Shown here piece after piece: positions 27,540 through 42,022 of a stretch of 64,000 nt of DNA (position 1 is the stretch's first letter; every line of letters begins with the position of its first letter). Origin of the DNA: Octopus vulgaris. Its lineage: Eukaryota. The stretch spans positions 70,432,001 through 70,496,000 of the forward strand of contig OX597828.1 of NCBI GenBank assembly GCA_951406725.2, read 5' to 3'. The notes under the pieces were generated by a model. It had not been told where the DNA came from. It saw only the letters and a program-made list of their open reading frames with translations, and did no database searches. The position numbers and the translations under genes were made by a program.

Positions 27540-27700
27540 GTTTATATCCATTTAAAAGAAGAAAACGAAAATGGAGATTAGAAAGTTAATAATTGTTTAA
27601 TATTAATTGCTGTAAAAAGCGAAGATGACCAATTTGTTTATAAGAAACAATTATTAACTTCCTTATCTCCATTTCCTTTTCTTTGAAAATGGATAGAAAC
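27540..27700. repeat. Imperfect inverted repeat with about 60-bp arms
   Basis: tatccattt...aaatggagat.agaaagttaataattgttt versus aaacaattattaacttcc.tatctccattt...aaatggata. Confidence 0.7.
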
Positions 27701-27782
27701 AACATGCTTTATATACACCCATTGTTTTAATAATAAGTATTGAACTAGGTTAACATATCACGAGGTTAACATATCCTCTAAT

Positions 27783-27819
<37 letters not shown>

Positions 27820-29829
27820 ATGTATGTATGCACACACAGATGTACATCTGTGCACATGTTCACCAAGGCACACTGTGAATTTGGAATTGTGCCATGCTTG
27901 TGTAGTTCACTTTTCAGAGGCACAAACAATCTGCAACCAGCTTGAGTAAAAATGTTTTGCTCAAGATGGTTGCAACCATTTTGAGGACAATCTTTTTCTT
28001 TCACGTGATGGCTGCAGATTGTTTGGGCCTCTGAAAAGTGATTTACACAACCATGGTGCAATCTCACAAAAGGTGATTGTGTTATATTTCACTACGATAT
28101 ACTCTGCCAAAATGGTATTCGGTTCTCTGACCATTTGGTCATGACAACAATATATGAACATATATACATACACATTCACCTGCATGGACATCATCACCGT
28201 CATCATCATTTACATCCACTTTTGCACGGTGGCATGAGTTAGATGGGTTGTTAAAGTGTTTTATGGCCAGATGCCTTTGTTACAATAGTCACTTCTAGTC
28301 ACTTCTTACAATATGCTGGAACAACATGCACACACACACACACACACACTCATGCATAGACCCACATGCACACACTAGTTAAGAATGTTGTATAAACACA
28401 TTCATTTGTAGCTGTGACAGTAATATAATAACTATTTCTGATGAAGATAACTCCTTTCCATTAGAGAGTTAATGCCTTTAAACTAAGCATGAACATCACA
28501 GCATCCTATATCTTCTCCTCTTTGCGAAATATGGCTTCAACCCTTGTTCAATATAAAAATTTTCCCTCAAAATACTAGGATTTCAACCCTAACCCTAACT
28601 CCTAACACGACACTAGAAACAAGCTGGGTCAATTGGGGAGTTTCTGTTCGGCCATCCAATCTACTAGAAACAGCAGCCAAATCGCCCCTCTTAAATTGCA
28701 CTTCACTTTTTCAGAAATGGAAGTGATGCATTAAATAATGTAGTCCTAGATATGTTTGTAAAAAGACAGGATGGCCATTGCTGGAATGCCTTTAATCATT
28801 GATCTGCTCACTGAGGGGTGACCTAGAGTTAAAAGACAACAACTACAAGGGAGCTTCAATATGGTTGCATGACATGCTAGAAATAGCAGCCACATTTTCT
28901 TTATCTTCTTTAGATAAAAGAGATCTAGGAAAGACTACACTGGACAATGTAGTCCAAGAAACATTAGCTCAGACAAAACAAAATATATAAAAACAATGGC
29001 CAAGGATGGAATGCCTTTGATCATAATAGGTCTGGTGGCTCAGAATTAAGATTGTCATTTTAAATTAATTAGTAATTAGACTAAATATTAGCTTCCATAG
29101 TTTTGGGAGATGTTGGTCAGATGTTAGTGCTGAGTTCTTGTTTGTTGAGACCCAAGATGAAGAAACTCACTGAAGATGTCAGACACTTGTTAGAAACTGA
29201 AAAACATTATAAAGCAACAAAGATAAAAAAAACAAAAAAATTCAGACTAGAATTTTTTTTGAAGATTGACCCAAAAAAGGAGGTGGGGAATGTTTTCTTT
29301 TTTTTTTGTTATTCATTGAATTTTTGTATTTATATTCATTTATTTTACATGTTTGTTTATTGTATGTGGAAGGCATTTGCCCAAGGTGCCACACAGTGGG
29401 ACTGAACCAAAAGACCACATGGCTGAGAAGCAAGATTTCTAACCACACAACCACGCCTGCATATACACACACCCACATACATCCATCCTGTCTCTCTCTC
29501 CTTCTTTCCTTTCTCTCCTTCTATGTCTCTCCCCCTCTCTATATATTAGTCATCTGCCCATAAGGTCAGATCACTAATATCATAGAAGCTGCTGTTATTC
29601 AAGAGTCGGGGATCCCGGGTCAGCCCCTGGGCCTTCTCATACATTCTATATTACAGGTCAACACCTCTTAATGGTCATGATTGACCACAGGTCAACTACA
29701 TGATATGTATCAACTGTAGATAAGTACAAGGTACTTACCACCTCTAATTACCAATCATGGGGTACATTCCACCTCTGTATGTCAATACCTGGTGCTATGT
29801 GTAAGTTTCTCTCTTTCTCTCTCTCTCTC

Positions 29830-29868
<39 letters not shown>

Positions 29869-30196
29869 ATGTATATGTATACACACACACATGCACTACA
29901 TGCATACGCTATACACGTGACATATCATTTGCACATGCATACATACACACTTTAGAACCTAACTATAGTTAACATGTAAACACACACACGTGTGTGTGGT
30001 GTGTGTGTGTAGACATACACACTTATAACTCTGTACATGCATACAGCTCTTGCTATGTATACAGGACAGGAAATTCATATCCCCCGTTACGTTGGTAGGA
30101 TTTGAACTCAGGACGTAAAGGACCAGAACAAGTGTGACAAGGCATGATTTCCTGATGCTTTAAGGATTCTACTAATCTACTTTGCTAATCATCATC

Positions 30197-30237
<41 letters not shown>

Positions 30238-30239
<2 letters not shown>

Positions 30240-30443
30240 GTTTCAAATTTTGCCACAAGGGCAGCTATTTTGGAGGAGGAGATGAGTCGATTACATCGAC
30301 CCCCCACCCTTCCCCCAGTGTTTCACTGGTCCTTAATTTATTGACCCCAAAAGAATGAAAAGCAAAGTCAACCTCAATGGAATTTGGACTCAGTTTGTAG
30401 CGATGGGCAAAATACCACTAAGCATTTCTGCCAGCTCGCTGCT
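30238..30443 (-). mobile_element. SINE-B flanked on both sides by (AAT)n
   Basis: ggtttcaaattttg...gaatgaaaagcaaagtcaacc...tctgccagctcgctgc. Confidence 0.8.
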
Positions 30444-30451
30444 TTAATAAC

Positions 30452-30561
<110 letters not shown>

Positions 30562-30909
30562 TAATAATAATAATAATAATAATAATAACGTAAGTGCAAG
30601 GAGATGGGAATGAAGAGACATTGTTGCTAAGAATGCAATCCAAAAGACTCTAAAGTCATTTGGTGCCACCAGTTATGGAATGGTGGCTGTCCATTTCCTC
30701 CCCTCCCCTTCTACCCTGTTCCAGTCCCCAGGTCACTCCGACCACCACCACCACCAACTTCACACCCTCCCACTTCTACCCACAGTGTTAAAGTTGTTGG
30801 TGTGACCAAACTCCTTATTTGTCTTGAGGTATTCCTTCCATCATTACACATCCACCCTTGCTACCCTAGCAGTGTGGTCCAGCTGGTCAGTTGGCTGCTG
30901 TGGTGTGAA

Positions 30910-31120
30910 GGAGGCAGAATCTGGCAGAATCGTTAGCATACTAAGCGGAATGTTTAGCTGCATTTTTCCCCATCTTTACGTTCTGAGTTCAAATTCCGCT
31001 GCGACTGACTTCCCCTTTCATCCTTGATAAAATAAGTACCAGTTGCACACTGGGGTCGATGTAATTGACTTGGCCCCCTCCTCCTCGACTTGCTGGCCTG
31101 GTGCCAAAATTTGAAGCCAA
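30910..31120 (+). mobile_element. SINE-B
   Basis: ctggcagaatcgttagc...gttctgagttcaaattcc...aagtaccagttgcacactggggtcg. Confidence 0.85.
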
Positions 31121-31139
31121 CATGTAGTGATAGGATATT

Positions 31140-31855
31140 TGTGGTGGTCAATAAAGTTACATGGTTTTTAATGTATAGAGAGATAGGTAGTTGTGGTCAT
31201 CAGTGGAGAGAGCTGGTCATTGATTTGTAGAGATAGGTAGCTGTAGTGGTCAGCTGAGATAATCAGGTGTTAATATGCTGTGATGGTCACTGAAGACCAC
31301 TGATTGTTAATGTAATTAGTAATAATAGTTACAGTGGTCAGTGGAGATAACCCAGTCCTAAATATATTATGTAATGATGGGTAGTTGCAGTGGTCAGTAG
31401 ACTATTGGCTCCTAATATCTAGTAATAGCGGTCAGTAGTGGTCAGTGAAAATAAATAAGTTTTAATATGCATCCATAAATAGTTGTAAGTGGTCAGTAGA
31501 AACAACTGGCCTTTAATATATACTAATGGGTTAACTAGTGGTCAATAATGACCACTGGTCCTTAAACATTTAACATTTAAACTAGTCATACACGACCCAA
31601 ATATTCTACCTACTTCATGTTCAAACCGGCCATATCAGACCCCTCACACCTACCCTGCAATGTCATTCTAAAAATAATCACATCACTGAAATCGTGAAAC
31701 TACAAGACAATGCATGATTAATTCTAAGTAATGTGAATAAATAAGCATTTAACAGTGGAGTCTGAAGGCTAAAGGGTCGACCTATAGGAATGGGTCAACT
31801 GTAGTGGTCAGTGGAGACCAGTGGTCTTTAATCTCTGCTGATGGGTAACTGTGAT
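31140..31855. repeat. Old 50-58-bp minisatellite (core tagtggtcagtggaga) interrupted by a piggyBac-type MITE
   Basis: About 10 recurrences of gtggtca-centred units. The array resumes after about 31780. Confidence 0.7.
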
Positions 31856-33229
31856 GCTAGGAAGAAGAGGTATGCTTTTGTTATCTTTTAAACAAAAATG
31901 GAAAAATCCCTATGGTTCAAATTCAGACAGCTGCTGCACTGACAAAGTCACATGACTAATAATGGTTGCTATGGATATGATGATGTGATGGGGGGACGGG
32001 GGTGGGGAGGCTTTTCACGGTCAGCTGTAATTGGTTCAAAGTGAGGCAGCTACACTAACAAAAGTCATGTGAATAAAAACGAAAGAAAAGCAGTTGTAAG
32101 GAAAGAAAAAAGAAAAAATGGTGATGTGGGGGAGGTGAGAGGTGGGAAGTTTTCAAAGATATGATTGAACTGGATTGAAACAGAGGCAGCTATTGGAACC
32201 ATAATACACACACACACACACGTTCACACATGCTCACACATATATACATCAAGACATCATGAGGCAGAATGGAGGATTATGCATCTTCACAATCTGTTTA
32301 TATACACTCTTGTTCCCATTAGATTCCAATCCGACACGTGTTTCTGTTGTGTAAGTGTCTTAATCTCCTCTGATGTAGCATTTATATGGTTTGATATGCA
32401 TTCAGTCGGTTCAGTTGCAGTAAAATATTCTTCCAGGTTAGACTTTCCTATGCAGCTTTGTTCCAAGTTTTACCCATGGGGGTGGATGGGTAGGCGAAGC
32501 AAGCTGAGAGTTGAGGGGTTAGAGAGCCCTTCTTGAAGTATATTCTAAGTGAGGTAATCATAAAGTCTTAGTGTACATTGAAATACAATGTGGCTATAGT
32601 TCTGGCATCATTTAATCTGAGAATGACCTTTTTAGAATTTAAAAAATGGATTATTTTATATACTCAGTTATGTATCATGAATGACCTTGTTATGAATGAC
32701 CTTGGGATTGCACCTAGGATGGGCCCATAACCTAATTTCATGATAGAGCTAAGAACACACACAAACATCAGCAACACAGGGGAAAGCCCATAGCCTGATG
32801 GTGAGTCTATTTGTAGAATTGATTAAATATAGCAATAACATGAAAAACAACATTTTCACATTACTCACCTTTTTAACTTCTCCTCTGCTTCCTACATCCT
32901 CCTCCTATTTGGTACATCCTTCCATTACACTCTCTTTACATATACGTAACTGTCCACTTGTATATAGCTGTTTACATGTTCTCATGAGTAAATATTATAC
33001 AGCTGTCTACATAAAGAGGACAATAGGAAAATAAGATGGACAATGTGACCAAAGTACCAGATTCGTTATCTTCGATACACAGCTGTTTCATTAAGATAGA
33101 CACCACTCAATGCAAAATGGCATAATTGTGATGCATAATTAACTTTAATCAAATCAAATTAAGTCAAATTAACTTAAAAAGTGGGTTTGTCCAAATCATT
33201 ACAAATGTTATGTTAATTAGAAAACCATT

Positions 33230-33269
<40 letters not shown>

Positions 33270-33714
33270 TAACACATACACATATATTGATACATACATA
33301 CATGCATATATATGTGTATATATATATATATATACATATACATAGATGCATTGACTAAAAAGCACAAGTACATGCATACCAATATAATCATACAGCCATA
33401 CTTATACACGGGCATACATCAACCCTATATTGAGAACAGGTCAATAAAAGGTTACAGGTGTTTGTTTTTGTTGTTTTTAATTTAGTCCCAGGCAGATGGT
33501 GGGATGGGACCTCAGTGACCGAGTGAGAGAGGTAGAAGCGAAGTTATTCTCAGACTGGAAAACATATCTGATTGTTTGCATCCAGGGGCCATGTAGGGTT
33601 GGGGTGGGGTGAGGTGGTGTTATGCCTAGCAATACATTAAATCTACAACCAAACCAAAAAAAAAAAGAGAGAAACTACCTGCACCTCCCACCCCACCTCA
33701 ACCTTCCTCGACAG

Positions 33715-33800
33715 AATTCTATGTGGTTCGCGTCGGCCAAAATTTCATCCAACATTCGTCCCAAGAGGAGGAGGGCCCCGTGTTTGAAAACACTTGCTGA
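33715..33800 (+). CDS. Candidate distal last coding exon, phase 1: xFYVVRVGQNFIQHSSQEEEGPVFENTC*
   Basis: C/T-rich acceptor ctcaaccttcctcgacAG at 33713-33714. The segment is locally CpG-rich and complex within CpG-poor DNA, and is followed by about 3.3 kb of SINE-free UTR-like sequence. Confidence 0.55.
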
Positions 33801-34890
33801 AGGTGGGTGACATTAAGTGGGATTGAACATGAAGCAAATGTGTTAACATAAAATGAATCATGACATGTTGATACTCCATGGTACAATGTCATGTGACCAT
33901 ATATAACAGGTGGAGATGGTAGGGAATCTATTGATGTGATATTGTTGAAAAAAAAGGGTTGTGGTGTTAGTGGTGGTGTTAGTGGTGGTGGTGGAAGGGC
34001 TATTATACATGATGTGTGGTAAGATTCCTTCATTTCATTAACCATGTGTTCTCCTGTTTCATTAAACCTACATTCTATTCCGTTAACCCTCATTCCATTC
34101 CGTTAACCCTCATTACATTTCGTTAACCCTGCAGTCCACTTCATTAACCCTTCTATTTTGTTAGCCCTGTCATCGGCCACACATTAATGTAATTGTCTCC
34201 CCACTTCCCACCATATTTTATCCTTAACGACCTTTTAAAAAAATATTGATTTACCATTATGGAAACATAAACAATCCATAATGGACTCTTACCTTCTTTT
34301 TCCCTTTATTAATTTAATTAATTTAGATGATAACGATGGTGATGATGATGATGGTGTTGCTGCTGGTGCTGCTGCCGATGGTGAGGGGGTGACTTGAGAT
34401 TGAACCTGTACATGGTGGTTTGGTGGATAGCTTTATTCATTGTCTGATTTTAAAGACATGCAATGTAAACATTTCTATGATGCATTTTTGTTGATGTGCC
34501 AATTGGAGAGATGACTCAGGGTGAATGATATGTGCCACTCGAGACGAGACGAATGAACAGAGAGAGAGAGAGAGAGAGAGAGTGCGGTGTATCTATCTAT
34601 GGAATTGTGCCACTTTGAAACAGCACAAAAGGAGAGGAAGACAGAGCCTGAAAATGTGCCACCCTGCATTAAAAAAAAAAAGGAAATATGAAAAAAAATA
34701 AGAACATATACATATATGAAGATAAAAATAAACCAAAAAAGATTGAAAAAAAAACAATATATATATGTATGTGTGGTGTGTGCGTACGTCTATGTGCACA
34801 TATATATACATACATACATATACATATATGCATACCCATCATTCATATATATATATATATATTACGTATATATATATATATATATATATG

Positions 34891-34947
<57 letters not shown>

Positions 34948-36045
34948 GTGTGTGAGTGTATAGTGTGTGTACATATATATATATATAAAATTACAAAAAA
35001 ATATAAAAAATAAAAGATGTTTAAAATAAACAGTATAAATTATATTAAAAAAAGCAAAAAAAATGGTAAATTGGATGCAAAGTGCTAAGAAGGGTTGGTG
35101 AAAGAGTTGGGTTGTGAAATGGGTTAGGTGAAGCCTAAATGAAAAGAAACGGAATGCAAGAGTGCTTGAGCTACAACTAATGAATGTAGACCAAATTTTT
35201 AGTGGTTCCAATATATTTAGTGTCGACGGTCTAATGATGCTTTGGGGGAAAAAGAAAAACGGCTGAGAAATTCAACTGGAATCGTGACAAATGACAACAA
35301 AGGAAAAAGAATTATAAATAAATAAACACACATCTGCAGCAGTCTGCTGGAATTAAAGAATATGAAAACACACAGAAAAAAAACAACAATAATAATAATA
35401 AAATTGACTGTTACAAAATAAATAAAAAGGGGCAAAGTGTTTTCTGGGCCTTTTTTCTTTTTTTTTTCTTGTTTACAGAATATTGTCATTTTCAAAACAA
35501 ATTTTGATCACTTCTGCTCAAAAAAAATACTAAAAAAAATACTTTAAAAATGCTAAAAAAATGGAATAGAAAATGATTTTTTCTTTTTTTTTTTTTCCAA
35601 AATGGTCGTGTAACCGTTTGATAATGAGTCTGTGTTAAAATATTGACAGTATGTCACCTTGGGTGACATTAGGTATTGCAACATGTTGCAAGGTGATGCA
35701 AAGTGATGCAAATCGTCGCAAGGTGTCACAAGGTGTGCCATTGTGACACAGAAATATGGGCTTCATTGACAAATATTCCGAATTATATCTCTTGTAAAAT
35801 TCACTTGAAGAATTGGTATAAAGTATATTGTTGTGAAATTTTTATATACATGTGTGTATGTGTGTGTGTGTGGTATATAGATATATATATGTATATATAT
35901 ATATGTTATAAATGTATATATATATGTGCGTGTGTGTGTGTGTGTATGTATATATACTATTTATATGGATTCAAACTGTTGTGACAGATAAATGTTTGCA
36001 TGCCATATATATATATATACAGATATATGTATATACACATCCATG

Positions 36046-36076
<31 letters not shown>

Positions 36077-36219
36077 GTGTCTGTGTGTGTATGTACAAAT
36101 AGATATAAAAAATATACATACATTGTTTATATTTGGGTGTCTATAAATCATTTCTTTCTGAACAAATATGTACAATATATAGGAGTTTGTATAAATGCAG
36201 TATGTGTGTGTGTGTGGTG

Positions 36220-36252
<33 letters not shown>

Positions 36253-36426
36253 GTACTTATGTGTGCATATATATATATACATATATGTTAATATATGTAT
36301 ACATATGTAATATATGCATATATATATATATATACATACATGCATACATACATACATACATACACACATATACATATGTATATATGTACATATATGTTTA
36401 TATGTGTAAATATATATATGTGCGTG

Positions 36427-36463
<37 letters not shown>

Positions 36464-37150
36464 ACACACATATATGATAATGTGTCTGTATATAAGTTGA
36501 CTTCTGTTGCTCCTGTGAGTACCCTGACGAGGCCCTCAGAGTAGGGTTTGCTGTTGTAAATATCTTTCCTCATACACACACACACCCATATGTCTTGTGG
36601 TTGACCAATCTAACGTGTTTATCGCATACATGATATTATCAATCCAACATTATTAGACAGCGTGTGATAAACTTCTTTTATCTCACACCCTTACATTATT
36701 AACATTTTTTTTTACTTCCATGTCTTTGAGTATGTATGTGTATACATAGTGTACATACGTACATATATATATATGTGTGTGTCTGTGTAAATAAATATAT
36801 ATGTTTATCTATATATATATGTACATACACATACATGCATACATATATATATGTGTGTGTGTGTGTATGTATATATGTGTGTATATATACAAATATATAT
36901 ATACAAACACACACATACACACACACAGGTACAATGCATATTTGTGTATATAGAGAGCAGCATTCCTCTCAAAACGTATCTGATTGGAAATACGACTGTG
37001 TCTGAGTGTAATCTCATTAATTAAGTGTGAAGGTCTCCAAGTGTGAGTGGATTAACTGCTTGCATTCCATAGAACGGTTACCGTTTCCAACTGAACACAA
37101 AGAGCAAATATCTAAACAAAAATTCTTCAATAAAAATTCATGATTAAACA
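33801..37150 (+). other. Putative long 3' UTR of the + strand gene
   Basis: No SINE or LINE copies were recognised. It has A-rich unique blocks and several AATAAA/ATTAAA signals (about 35008, 35024, 37129-37134, 37143). The end point is inferred. Confidence 0.4.
34071..34168. repeat. 20-bp tandem repeat (cattccattccgttaaccct), about 5 units
   Basis: Units start at 34071, 34091 and 34111, then degenerate. Confidence 0.8.
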
Positions 37151-37274
37151 CACATGCAGTCATGTCTTCAATTAAATATAACAAAGGTGTGCATGTGTCT
37201 ATAAGTATATGTATATGATATATGTGTGTGTGTATACACACACATGTATATATACATATATATATATATCTATA

Positions 37275-37349
<75 letters not shown>

Positions 37350-37418
37350 ATATATATATATATGCATATATATATATATGTATGCATATATATATATATG
37401 CATATATATGTATACATA

Positions 37419-37458
<40 letters not shown>

Positions 37459-38097
37459 CATATATATGTATGTATATATATACATGCCTACATATATATG
37501 TGTATGGATAGGAATTTCTTTTGAAGTTTAAGATTTCAAATGAATCTGAGAGGATTTAATTGGCCACAGTCTGTGGAGAGGAGCAAGAAGGGATGAGAGG
37601 GGTGTTAGAAGAAAAAATATTGAATACCAAATATTATGAATAAATTTAATTGCAAACTTTCCTGATGTTATTATGATAAAATTTAAACTAAGCGTGTGTA
37701 AGTGTGTTTGTAATATTATGAGCAAAACAATTAAATTTTTACATATTTTAATCTTTAAGATCTTTTCACTTACATATGTTTGTGTGTCTGTGTGTATATA
37801 TCTTCTCTTTCTCTCCCTATACATTCATGCATATAAATATATGTGTGTGTATGTATATGTATGTATGTATATATATATGTTTTATGTATAATAGAAAAAT
37901 TTGCTAAGTGTCTGATGAGGTGCCACTCAGAGTTATTCAAACAAAAATAAATATATACCGGCCTTGTGTCATCTCTCACACACAACAACTTTATATGTAA
38001 CATGGTTGAAAGCTGCTGAAACAATTGCAACAAATATTAAAGTTAGACTATACTGATATCCTTCATCTTTTTCTATGTCTAACACACACACACATAT

Positions 38098-38319
38098 ACA
38101 ATATTTTATAATTACGAGTATAATTATAATTAGGGTTCAGCAAAGATTTGCTTTACCACATACCAAAATTTAGAAATAGCAACCAAAGAATCTTAGCTAT
38201 TTCTTCTACTATAAGAAGAGCTAAGATTCTTTGGCTGCTATTTCTAAACTTTGGTATGTGGTAAAGTAAATCTTTGTTGAACCCTAATTATAATTATACT
38301 CGTAATTATAAAATATTGT
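38098..38319. repeat. Near-perfect palindrome with about 100-bp arms
   Basis: acaatattttataattacgagt...aagaatcttagct / agctaagattctt...actcgtaattataaaatattgt. Four differences were seen between the arms. Confidence 0.92.
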
Positions 38320-38606
38320 TTAAGTTTACCGAAAAATGGTCCTTTTTCATGCCGGATTCTACTTGGTAGAATTATTAATTACTAGTTGATTAATTAAATT
38401 TACCCTTCATTATTATTGATTATATATATACATATATATATATATATATACAAGAGTTGGCCTGCTCACTTAGCCAGCGGGGTGGCGTCATTAAAGGTTA
38501 AAAAAAACAATGCAAAGCGCATTGTGACCAGCAATGTTCGCAACATCTGATGGCCTGGTCAGTCACGTATTCACGTGATATACAAGAGTTACGGAATAGA
38601 GTAGGT

Positions 38607-39300
38607 AAGATATCAGGTTACCTACTATATGTTTCATAGTGGGTGGAACCTCAGAAGTGGTAACAATCAAAACAAGGTACAAACTGCTGGCTATTCTTCA
38701 GGCCAAGGATATCTTGATTAAATTAAAGGCTACATTGTCACAAGAATGTACATATTGACGCATGGAGTGTATGTGTGTGTGTGTATGCCATAATGTTTAT
38801 CAGTATTTGTTAACAATAGTGTGTCAACACAGGGAAGTCTCAGTGTTGTATAAGGGTGAATATTTTTGACTATACAGTATGAGCTTTCTAACAGTGACAT
38901 TGCTTCACAGTTTCACCTGTGTATTTTTTCAAAATGGTATACCTTGGACTATCCGTGTATGTGTGTAACCATCTATGATAGAAAAGGCGGCAAATACCCA
39001 TGGATACTTCAATATACACAGTTTAAATAATCAACACTGGTGAAACCGTGCAGTAATGGTAGGATAATTAAACCTATAATGCTGTTGAATCACACATGTA
39101 TATCAACAAATATAGTTGTGTTTGGTATTTTAATATTATTCCATGGGTAATTCTTCAACCCTTCAAATCTTCAGCCCTTCTATTATTTCCTTCTTCCGCA
39201 ACATAAACTCTTGTTCTCAGATATTTCAAAACAATTTATCCTCTCAGCATTTTCAATTTAAACTTTCAAACTGTTTCTTGAAGCAATTCCTGTTCTTAAA
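38607..39300 (-). mobile_element. Decayed Penelope-like element with a downstream hammerhead-like motif
   Basis: Minus-strand KKYTGET motif (about 38908-38929) followed downstream by CTGAAGA-atag...ctat-GAAA-c...gTA. Confidence 0.5.
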
Positions 39301-39329
39301 TATACATATATATATTTATATATACATAT

Positions 39330-39461
<132 letters not shown>

Positions 39462-39836
39462 TGTATGTTTGTATGTATAGATAGATAGCTATATACATAT
39501 ATATATAGATATACATATAGATACATACATACATACATATATATACACACACTCACACACACATACACACACACATACATAATGATGACTATGTATGGCT
39601 CTGCTGTATCAAAAGACATTCTGGAATCTGCAACAAACATGAACTAAAACTGAGGCTTGGAAATATCTCAGGAGAAACAAACAAAACAAAATAAATAAAT
39701 TTAGATTTTCTTAAAATATTGCAAAATTACTTCCTCCTTTTTTCTCTTCCTCTTCTTCTTCATCTTTTTCCTGCTCTTCTCTTTTTTCATCAATTTCTTC
39801 ATCTTTTTCATAAAACTGTTATTGTTATTGTTGTTG

Positions 39837-39879
<43 letters not shown>

Positions 39880-40175
39880 GGGCAATAAATGGCAGAGTCA
39901 GCAGGGTTAGTGGACCAAAATGCATTGTGGTAATTCTTTTTATGACCCTTTATGTTTTGAGTTCGAATCCCAATGGAGTCAGAATCATCTTCGATCCTTC
40001 TGGGAACAATGGACAAAACCACCATTGAATTAATTAGGGCTAAATTATTCATCAATGACAAAACCCCAACTCCAAATACACACACACGTGCACACACACT
40101 GTAGTCTTGTGCCTAAAAAAAACAACATTAATATTACTACTACAATTGTTATTATTATTATTATTATTATTATTC

Positions 40176-40369
40176 AGGCGGTCAGCTGGCAGAACTGTTA
40201 GCGTGCCAAGCGAAATGCTCCACAGTATTTCTTCCATCAACGTTCTGAGTTCAAATTCCACCAAGGTCAACTTTGCCGTTTATCCTTTTGGGCTCAATGA
40301 AATAAGTACCAGTTACACACTGGGGTTGATGTAATCCCCTAAAATTTCAGGCCTTGTGTCTATAGTAGA

Positions 40370-40372
<3 letters not shown>
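40176..40372 (+). mobile_element. SINE-B flanked by (TTA)n
   Basis: ggcggtcagctggcagaactgttagc...aggccttgtgtctatagtagaaag. Confidence 0.85.
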
Positions 40373-40408
<36 letters not shown>

Positions 40409-40504
40409 CCACATTTCTGCAGGATACTTTTTCTTTTGATGTATCGTATATTTTTTTAATATATTTTTAGATATATGTATATTTAATATATATATATATA
40501 TACC

Positions 40505-40567
<63 letters not shown>

Positions 40568-40678
40568 TGTATATTTATTTACAAATGTGTTCGTCTGTGT
40601 ATGTGTGAATGTGGGTGCAAATATATGTGCTCATGTGTGTTGGCTAACAAACACATATACACACATACATGAATTTAT

Positions 40679-40712
<34 letters not shown>

Positions 40713-40892
40713 TTGCTATGGGCCCCATAGATTATATGTAATCTGTGATGACATACCATACAAACACAACCAACTTGCACATGTGTGTATGTTTGTGTGT
40801 GTGGGGGTATATATATATAGATATATGCATATATGTATAAATGTATATGTATGTATATATGTATACATATATAAATATATATACATATATAA

Positions 40893-40940
<48 letters not shown>

Positions 40941-40954
40941 CATACATATATATA

Positions 40955-41004
<50 letters not shown>

Positions 41005-41187
41005 AAAGAAGAAATCTAAGGAAACACCTGACTTTACTGAAAGAGGAGACTATATTGAGTAATTTTTTTTCCCTTGATAATATGCTCTTATTAATTCTAC
41101 TGCTGCTGCTGCTGCTACTACTGTTACTACTACTACTACTGTTACTACTACTATTTCTACTACTGTTACTACTACCACTACTACTGT

Positions 41188-41254
<67 letters not shown>

Positions 41255-41857
41255 GCTACAAATATATATTAACTTATTCAATAATACTCAGCATTTTCTT
41301 TGATATGATGAATATTATATTAATATAATAACAAAAACAACAATAGCACAATAACAATAACAATAATAATAGTAATAATAAGAGTAATAATAATAATAAT
41401 AATGATAATGATAACAAAAATAATAATAACACTACTGTTACCAATCAAATGATGATGATGATGATGATGATGATGACAGTTTCTTTAATTGCTATAGAGG
41501 CACTAAGTACTCTTGAGGGTACTATGACAATATAGTGTATGCAGAGGTTATATATATATATATATATATAGCCAATAACTGCTGTAGTCTCTGGTCCCTG
41601 AAGTATATATATATATGTATGTGTATATATATATATATATATATATAGTTCACTTTTTACTGGGCCAAGTACAGTTGATATGATCTGCTAAAGAAAGAAG
41701 TTTGACCGAAATGGAAGACTGTCCAAACACACCACATTTTCCCCTCCCCTCCCACACATCCCACATTATCTTATATTTGTTTAGGGCAAGAGTTTTGGGG
41801 ATGCTCCTTATTAGCTTGTCATTTTATGAATTCCTCTCATTTTCTCTCCTCTCACTT

Positions 41858-41902
<45 letters not shown>

Positions 41903-41971
41903 CTTACATGTGCATAATAAACAAGTATGCACAATTTACTGCACAAAAAAGGCTCAATACAAAATTTAGAG

Positions 41972-42022
<51 letters not shown>

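Noticed and set aside
28584-28606. Telomere-like (TAACCC) units
   Set aside because: Only 2-3 imperfect units, too short for an interstitial telomere call.
36527-37950. Isolated CTGACGA/CTGATGA motifs (about 36528 and 37912; also about 53672)
   Set aside because: No downstream GAAA with compatible stems.
39725-39812. Minus-strand Glu/Lys-rich frame
   Set aside because: It is a degenerate (GAA)n tract next to (AAT)n with no acceptor.
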